Source of the DNA: Escherichia phage vB_EcoS-95
DNA length: 50,910 bases
Sequence record: NC_048132.1
Reading direction: 5' to 3' (one strand)
This document shows, one piece after another, positions 45,182 through 50,910 of the stretch; the stretch's first letter is position 1; each line of letters opens with the position of its first letter. Both the position numbers and the translations under genes were made by a program. A model generated the notes under the pieces. That model saw only the letters and a list, made by a program, of their open reading frames with translations, was not told the DNA's origin and ran no database searches.

Positions 45182-45794
45182 AATCATAGTGCGATGAATT
45201 TATAACCAAAACAGATGAAGCCGTGTAAATACCAACAGGACCAGAAGTTTGCGCAACCTGCCTAGATAAAGAATATACCCCGTTGCCATACGCGGCAGCT
45301 TGAGACTCAAATATCATGAATCCACCTAAAGACGGATTACGCACAGAGTTTAAAGCTGTTAGTGACGGCATGATGGCGCAAGGGTATCCCAAGTTAACGT
45401 CAAAAGTGATCCCGCTTACAGATACAAGTTTTGCATCTAAAGGCTTCATCTTTCCATGATAAACCATCTCACCATTAGCATTATAAAAAGCTATTCCGTG
45501 ACTACCAGGAGGAGTAACCATATTGCTAAAAGCATAAACAAATACCTCACCTTGATTGTCGGACTTTTCTATCTTTATTGCGTGCTTCCCACCATTATTA
45601 AATTGAGTAAATGCTATGTATGATTTTGATGTTAACCTTACAAAAAAGAAGCACGGTCTATTTATTGGTATAGAAGTATTAAAAACGGTTCCTGTTTTTG
45701 CTGATATTTTACCTTTATCTATAAGGTTAACAGGAGTGAAATCTGGACTTAACCACAATGATCCGTCTGGTTTTTTTATGCTCATCCCGTACAT
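45180..45794 (-). CDS. Hypothetical protein (possible receptor-binding or exclusion-related)
   Basis: 204 aa; start overlaps upstream stop; last gene of the Cor-like operon. Confidence 0.35.
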   Translation of the reverse strand: MYGMSIKKPDGSLWLSPDFTPVNLIDKGKISAKTGTVFNTSIPINRPCFFFVRLTSKSYIAFTQFNNGGKHAIKIEKSDNQGEVFVYAFSNMVTPPGSHGIAFYNANGEMVYHGKMKPLDAKLVSVSGITFDVNLGYPCAIMPSLTALNSVRNPSLGGFMIFESQAAAYGNGVYSLSRQVAQTSGPVGIYTASSVLVINSSHYD

Positions 45795-45796
45795 TA

Positions 45797-46075
45797 TTAC
45801 CCCCAAAAAGTATATATATATCTTGAGTCAGATCCAGAAAGTCCGCTCCATGTAACGGTATCACCACTTACACCTAAACTTGGAGCGCCAGGATCTCCTC
45901 CGCGCCACGAATTCATTCCAACATATATTGCTTTCAACGACTTACCTGGCGGCCTGTTTGAGTAGGTCTTACTGCCAGATGATTGAGTAAATTTATCCAA
46001 GAAAAAAACTGGAGTTAAAAGGCCAGTAACATTTCTACCTTGCTCATCATATATTGCATACCCATATTCAGCCAT
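45797..46075 (-). CDS. Hypothetical protein
   Basis: 92 aa; RBS GAGGTG; Gly/Ser-rich C-terminus. Confidence 0.35.
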   Translation of the reverse strand: MAEYGYAIYDEQGRNVTGLLTPVFFLDKFTQSSGSKTYSNRPPGKSLKAIYVGMNSWRGGDPGAPSLGVSGDTVTWSGLSGSDSRYIYTFWG

Positions 46076-46343
46076 TTTTGCACCTCAAATCAATGAATTT
46101 TCTTTCATCTTGCCAACGGTTGATAAATTTAACTTCTTTATTGTCAACGCTCAACCTGTATTGCTTTTGGCTGAATCTGTTTTCGCGGACCGCATTAATT
46201 TTAACTTCATGGAATCCGTTAACAGGGAATGTTTTAACGTTAAATTTTGCCGTGCAATCGATCTCCTTGAAGTTGCCAGTAGGCGAAGAAGAACATCCGG
46301 TCAGAGCGGCTACGGTGGCGATAACTGCGATTAATTTTTTCAT
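46068..46343 (-). CDS. Cor-like superinfection-exclusion lipoprotein candidate
   Basis: Signal peptide with lipobox LTGC (MKKLIAVIATVAALTGCSS); small size; location next to tail genes as for cor in T1/phi80-type phages. Confidence 0.4.
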   Translation of the reverse strand: MKKLIAVIATVAALTGCSSSPTGNFKEIDCTAKFNVKTFPVNGFHEVKINAVRENRFSQKQYRLSVDNKEVKFINRWQDERKFIDLRCKNG

Positions 46344-46374
46344 CTTCAATACCCCTTAGTTGTTGTTGGCTGTA

Positions 46375-46415
46375 ACTATACACGATCCGGCAAGCCGAGT
46401 TTAGCAAAAAGTGCT
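46375..46415 (-). promoter_or_regulatory. Box promoter variant (TAGCACTTTTTGCTAAAC) for the Cor-like operon
   Basis: Reverse complement of box at 46398-46415; -10-like TATAGT downstream. Confidence 0.5.
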
Positions 46416-46419
46416 ACTT

Positions 46420-46786
46420 GTTATTTTTTGTTTTTCGGTGTTATCGGATTTAAGGCGGCGTAAATTTAGCGCAAATTTTAGCCAACATAAGAACAATAAA
46501 TAATCAATAAAATAGGTATATACATATAAAATCAATAGTTTATTTATTTATGTATGTGTATTTGTTTTTTCTTGTTATCTGTGTTTCTTGTGGTTTTGGT
46601 TGTTTGTGGTGATTTTTCTTTCTGAGTATCTGTATGTGCCATCATTCATGTGTATGTATATAATCCGGCGTACCTTAGAGAACAAGGGAACAAGAAAAAT
46701 AACACATATTAATCATTAACTTACGCGTCAAATTTGTTTTATTGCCATCTGAGAACGTTTAGAAAACAGAAAAAACAAAACAACTA
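46420..46786. promoter_or_regulatory. Second AT-rich, T/G-skewed non-coding region, paralogous to 15840-15930
   Basis: TTATTTATTTATGTATGTGTATTTGTTTTTTCTTGTTATCTGTGTTTCTTGTGGTTTTGGTTGTTTGTGGTG resembles the tract in the 15.8-kb region; AATCA repeats; no ORF. Confidence 0.4.
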
Positions 46787-46814
46787 TTGACTAAATCAAC
46801 CAAATGGCTACAAT
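46787..46814 (+). promoter_or_regulatory. Sigma70-like promoter (TTGACT-16 bp-TACAAT) for the recombination operon
   Basis: Hexamers at 46787-46792 and 46809-46814, about 30 bp upstream of exonuclease ATG. Confidence 0.55.
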
Positions 46815-46844
46815 GCACACACAAAGCAACCAGGAGCATTAAAG

Positions 46845-47900
46845 ATGAGTGATTTTAACGCCTACACTAGCGAAGAAATGAGCAATGAGCTTTATCATGA
46901 TCCTAACGCGTGGACGGCTGAATACGTCAGCGGTTCCAGCCTGGCGGAGATTTACAGCACTTGCCCGGCGTACTGGAAGTACAAACCTCGCCAGGAAACT
47001 AAGGCACTTGTTTTCGGTACGCAGTCGCATACCAATTTTGAAAGCAATGAGTTATTCGAAAAAACATATCGCCGCGCACCGTCGCAGGATGATTTTAAAG
47101 ATCTGATCACAAGTCAAACGGCGTTGGCCTCAAAGCTGAAATCTTTTGGCCTGAAAGGTACAACGGGTAAGCAATACCCCGAATTGCTGGAAATGCTGTA
47201 CAAGTGCGGTGAGGATCTCAATGTATGGTGGCTTATCGAAATGATGGCAGAATGCCAGGCAGCAGCGGACGGCGTGCAGCTAATCGACGCGAAAGATTAT
47301 GATGCCTGTGTAGCGATGCGGCGCGTACTTGAGGCAATACCTGAGCATAATGCTTGCATGAATAGCCCAACCGCGCAGCGTGAAATGTCAATATTCGGGA
47401 TCATCAATGGCGTAAAAGTTAAAGTGCGCCTTGATCACGTTGACGTAAACAAGGATGTAAAGGCCACAATCATTAACGGTTACGACGAAAAAGGCCGACC
47501 GATTTATGAAGAAGTCATCTATCCAGAAGCTGTGATTATCACTGACTATAAAACAACGGTTAGCGCAAATCCGGTTGACTTCCAGCGCCTGGCTTACAAT
47601 CACGGCTATTATCTCAAAATGGCTTTGCAGCATGATTTATTTAAAAAGGCGTATCCAGACGAGGAAAGGCCAGTAATTGTGAGATTGCTTGCTCAAGAGA
47701 AGAAAGAGCCTTACTTGCCGCTCGCATTCCGCATGAACATTGAGCAATTGAAGATCGGTCGCATCCAGTACATGAGCGTGATCAACAAGTTCAACGTTTG
47801 CCAACAGTTAGATGAATGGCCTTCGTATGCAAACGGGCAACCAGAAATTGATCTTGATACTCCTGATTGGGTGCGCGCTCAATTCAGGCAGTATCTATGA
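46845..47900 (+). CDS. Recombination exonuclease (PD-(D/E)XK, RecE/lambda-Exo-like)
   Basis: IITDYKTT and YxxxQ nuclease motifs; located upstream of ERF. Confidence 0.5.
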   Translation: MSDFNAYTSEEMSNELYHDPNAWTAEYVSGSSLAEIYSTCPAYWKYKPRQETKALVFGTQSHTNFESNELFEKTYRRAPSQDDFKDLITSQTALASKLKSFGLKGTTGKQYPELLEMLYKCGEDLNVWWLIEMMAECQAAADGVQLIDAKDYDACVAMRRVLEAIPEHNACMNSPTAQREMSIFGIINGVKVKVRLDHVDVNKDVKATIINGYDEKGRPIYEEVIYPEAVIITDYKTTVSANPVDFQRLAYNHGYYLKMALQHDLFKKAYPDEERPVIVRLLAQEKKEPYLPLAFRMNIEQLKIGRIQYMSVINKFNVCQQLDEWPSYANGQPEIDLDTPDWVRAQFRQYL

Positions 47901-47973
47901 CAAACTAAACAAATAGCTAAACTTTTATAATGGTTGGTGATATAATTCGCCAACCAGATAACATGAGAATTAG

Positions 47974-48630
<657 letters not shown>

Positions 48631-48635
48631 TAAAC

Positions 48636-48656
48636 GGGGCGCTTGCGCCCCTTTTG
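48636..48656 (+). terminator. Rho-independent terminator-like hairpin after erf
   Basis: GGGGCGC-TT-GCGCCCC followed by TTTTGT. Confidence 0.5.
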
Positions 48657-48673
48657 TCATAGGAGAAAACAAA

Positions 48674-49126
48674 ATGCACGTTATTACAGGTGAGATCAGA
48701 AAAGAGCCAAAAGTAAAGCAAATGCCTAACGGCAGCACGCTATATGTTGTTGAGCTTTCCGAGCGATACAAAGACCGAGATGGAAATTGGCAGTATACAA
48801 ACTATGTGTTTTTCTTTAACGCGAAAACAGACGGCCTGAATGGTTGGTATGCTGAGGCTTTCCAGGTAGGCAAGGTTATTTCTGTTTCCTGCGATACCTT
48901 GCGAGTTGAAACGCGAGAATACAACGGAAAGATTTACAGCACCGTGCAGCCTGGCGGATTTGCAAACCTGCTATTTAGCCAGCGCGGAGAAAGCCAGCAA
49001 CAATATCAGCAGCGAACGCAAGGAGGCTGTGGGCAACCACAACAGCAACAGCAACAAAATACTCAACAGCAGCCACAGCAAAGCAATCAGCCGCCGATTG
49101 ACTTTGACGATGATATACCATTCTAA
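48674..49126 (+). CDS. ssb: Single-stranded DNA-binding protein
   Basis: OB-fold-sized N-terminus, Gln/Pro-rich linker and acidic tail DFDDDIPF. Confidence 0.75.
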   Translation: MHVITGEIRKEPKVKQMPNGSTLYVVELSERYKDRDGNWQYTNYVFFFNAKTDGLNGWYAEAFQVGKVISVSCDTLRVETREYNGKIYSTVQPGGFANLLFSQRGESQQQYQQRTQGGCGQPQQQQQQNTQQQPQQSNQPPIDFDDDIPF

Positions 49127-49163
49127 TGACAAAAAGCCCCGCATATGCGGGGCATTTTTATTT
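49127..49163. terminator. Bidirectional rho-independent terminator between ssb and the convergent tail-fibre gene
   Basis: GCCCCGCA-TA-TGCGGGGC flanked by A5 and TTTTTATTT. Confidence 0.65.
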
Positions 49164-50910
49164 GAGATCAACAAGTTTTGCAACCATCGACTTTAATTCG
49201 TCAACCTCTCGCTCAAGATTATCTATTCTTTCCTTGTTTTCAACGTCACGCGCCCTAAGAGCCTTGATTGCAGCAAGGCCATCAAGAAGCATAGGTGTTT
49301 GATCAAGATGCCAGAATCCTCCAACGTCCTTTGTGTATTCCTTGTCGATCGCCCTTATTTGCTGGGAAATAACGCCGCGACGAGTTGCACCAGCATTTTT
49401 CTTTGTTGTATGCTCCTCTTTAAACTTAAATAGTTTAAACTCCATTCTGTTGATGTTATCAAGCGCACACTCGACATTCATATCACCCATCACGTCCTTT
49501 AATCGCTCGTCAGACACGGCGCTTGTTGTCAGTTGCACCCATCCACTCCATGATGAGTCGTTTGTCTGTATTCTTGAGAATATCCTGTTTGACGTATCAT
49601 AAAACCTTTGCTGATACCACTTATTTCTAGTACCAACATTGTTTGCCCTTCCGGCTGATAATCCTTGCGAGCACTGAGTGAAAAGAGAGCCGTATACATT
49701 CCCGCTTTGAGGCGTTCCTGTTCCAGTGCCACCCCAATTTCGCCACCCTTGATGCGCTTCATTCATGTTTGCTGCCGTGTAACCAGGGACCGATGTTCCA
49801 CCTATAGCAAGCCCACCCTCATATGAAACATATCTTCTCTCCGTTGTATTTGGTCTTTCAATAACAATCGTCCTTCGATCTGTGTTATCACTTTCTTTTG
49901 CGAAAAATATGTTTAACTCATTCCCTCTGTTGTTTTCTGCATAAATACGTCTACCTATATATGTTTCGTCAACAGATGTAGAATTAAGAACTACAGAAGG
50001 CCATCCCGTTCTAATTGACAATCCTGAAAATGTAGGTGAGTGTTGTGCATTAAGGCCGATATTGTTTCGTATTCCGTTTGCGTCTTTAGCTCCTGTTCCA
50101 CCCTTATTTACTGGCAAGGCTATATCAGAATTAGAGGCTGAATCCCACATCCCCCAATCGCCATTATTTTTTACGAAAATTCGCTTTGTTCCATCAGCAC
50201 TTGAAACGACAGTCTCACCGGATGCATCAGACCCCTGCACCAATCTATCTACGCTTAAGTTTTTTCTTGCTTCACCTTTATCTGCAAGATCGTTAAGGTT
50301 GTTGTTTTTGTTAAGCATATTTTCCGGATTTATGCTATCTGCATATTCTTTCGCCTTATCTTCAGAAGCCTTAGCGGCATTTTTTGATGTCAGGGCGTCA
50401 GAAGCAGATCTGGCAGCTTCGCTCTTGCTTGCATTGGCTGCATTCTCTGAATTTTTGGCATTTGTCTCCGACGTCTTTGCTGCATTCTGAGAAGCGAGCG
50501 CAGCTTCCTGAGATGCTTTAGCGGCATCCTTGCTTGCATTTGCTGCGTCTTCTGAATTTTTTGCTTTAGTTTCTGAATTCTTTGCGGCGTTCTGAGATGT
50601 TAGCGCAGCAGACGCTGAATTTGCCGCCTCTATCATGCTTGAGTTAGCCGCCGTTTCAGATGCTTTAGCATTAGTCTCTGACTCTTTTGCTGCAATCTTG
50701 CTCGCGTTTGCTGCGTTTTCTGACTGTTTAGCATTAGTCTCTGACGCTTTCGCTTCGTTCTTTGAATTAAGCGCATCGGACGCAGATCTTGCTGCGGCAT
50801 CCTTACTTTGACTCGCAGACTCTGCGTTTTCTTCCACCTGTTTAGCTAAATCCTGATAATGCCTCCAATCAAACGTCTTAAGGAATTCGAGCGCCTCCCC
50901 AATCTCTGAT
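49158..50910 (-). CDS. Tail fibre protein with C-terminal intramolecular chaperone domain (5'-truncated at window end)
   Basis: Ser/Ala/Asn/Lys repeats (ASETNAKNSENAANASK) like T5 pb1-type fibres; C-terminal ERLKDV...peptidase S74-like chaperone; reading frame stays open to 50910. Confidence 0.65.
   Translation of the reverse strand, partial: SEIGEALEFLKTFDWRHYQDLAKQVEENAESASQSKDAAARSASDALNSKNEAKASETNAKQSENAANASKIAAKESETNAKASETAANSSMIEAANSASAALTSQNAAKNSETKAKNSEDAANASKDAAKASQEAALASQNAAKTSETNAKNSENAANASKSEAARSASDALTSKNAAKASEDKAKEYADSINPENMLNKNNNLNDLADKGEARKNLSVDRLVQGSDASGETVVSSADGTKRIFVKNNGDWGMWDSASNSDIALPVNKGGTGAKDANGIRNNIGLNAQHSPTFSGLSIRTGWPSVVLNSTSVDETYIGRRIYAENNRGNELNIFFAKESDNTDRRTIVIERPNTTERRYVSYEGGLAIGGTSVPGYTAANMNEAHQGWRNWGGTGTGTPQSGNVYGSLFTQCSQGLSAGRANNVGTRNKWYQQRFYDTSNRIFSRIQTNDSSWSGWVQLTTSAVSDERLKDVMGDMNVECALDNINRMEFKLFKFKEEHTTKKNAGATRRGVISQQIRAIDKEYTKDVGGFWHLDQTPMLLDGLAAIKALRARDVENKERIDNLEREVDELKSMVAKLVDLK

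Noticed and set aside
321-46415. The repeated 19-mer as a CRISPR array or mobile-element terminal repeats
   Set aside because: Copies are hundreds to thousands of bp apart, each in a separate intergenic region, occur on both strands co-oriented with genes, and lack regular spacers or flanking transposase genes.
48980-49126. Gln-rich run (QQQQQQNTQQQPQQ) in the SSB C-terminus as a repeat expansion or frameshift signal
   Set aside because: Low-complexity Gln/Pro linkers preceding the acidic DDDIPF tail are a normal SSB feature.

Overview
The window reads as a nearly complete, densely packed genome of a virulent T1-like (Drexlerviridae-type) siphovirus; no integrase or repressor was seen. All calls rest on motif reading of the supplied ORF translations and the raw sequence, with no database search run. 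Layout: (i) 1-8400, plus-strand early/replication genes (DExH helicase, VRR-NUC nuclease, Dam-type N6-adenine methyltransferase, HTH-metallophosphoesterase protein) with a divergent primase and HTH protein on the minus strand, then a holin/endolysin/u-spanin lysis cassette; (ii) 8395-15466, a minus-strand block of small genes plus an SF3-type helicase and a compact C5-cytosine-methyltransferase-like gene; (iii) 15545-16099, an AT-rich strand-switch region followed by a consensus sigma70 promoter; (iv) 16159-24871, plus-strand small early genes including a HAD phosphatase and a dNMP-kinase-like P-loop protein; (v) 24950-45152, the structural module (TerS, TerL, portal, head morphogenesis, scaffold, two paralogous decoration-like proteins, major capsid, neck, major tail, G/GT chaperone with -1 frameshift, tape measure, lambda-like M/L/K/I/J tail tip); (vi) 45180-46343, a minus-strand operon ending in a Cor-like lipoprotein; (vii) 46845-49126, exonuclease/ERF/SSB recombination module; (viii) 49158-50910, a minus-strand tail-fibre gene that runs off the window end and is in frame with a 5' ORF fragment at 1-302, suggesting a circularly permuted genome. 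The most striking signal is a 19-bp box (TAGCACTTTTTGTTAAAAC) in about 20 intergenic copies, usually overlapping the upstream stop codon and followed at fixed distance by a -10-like hexamer and a conserved leader. I read it as an activator-dependent promoter family; this is unverified.
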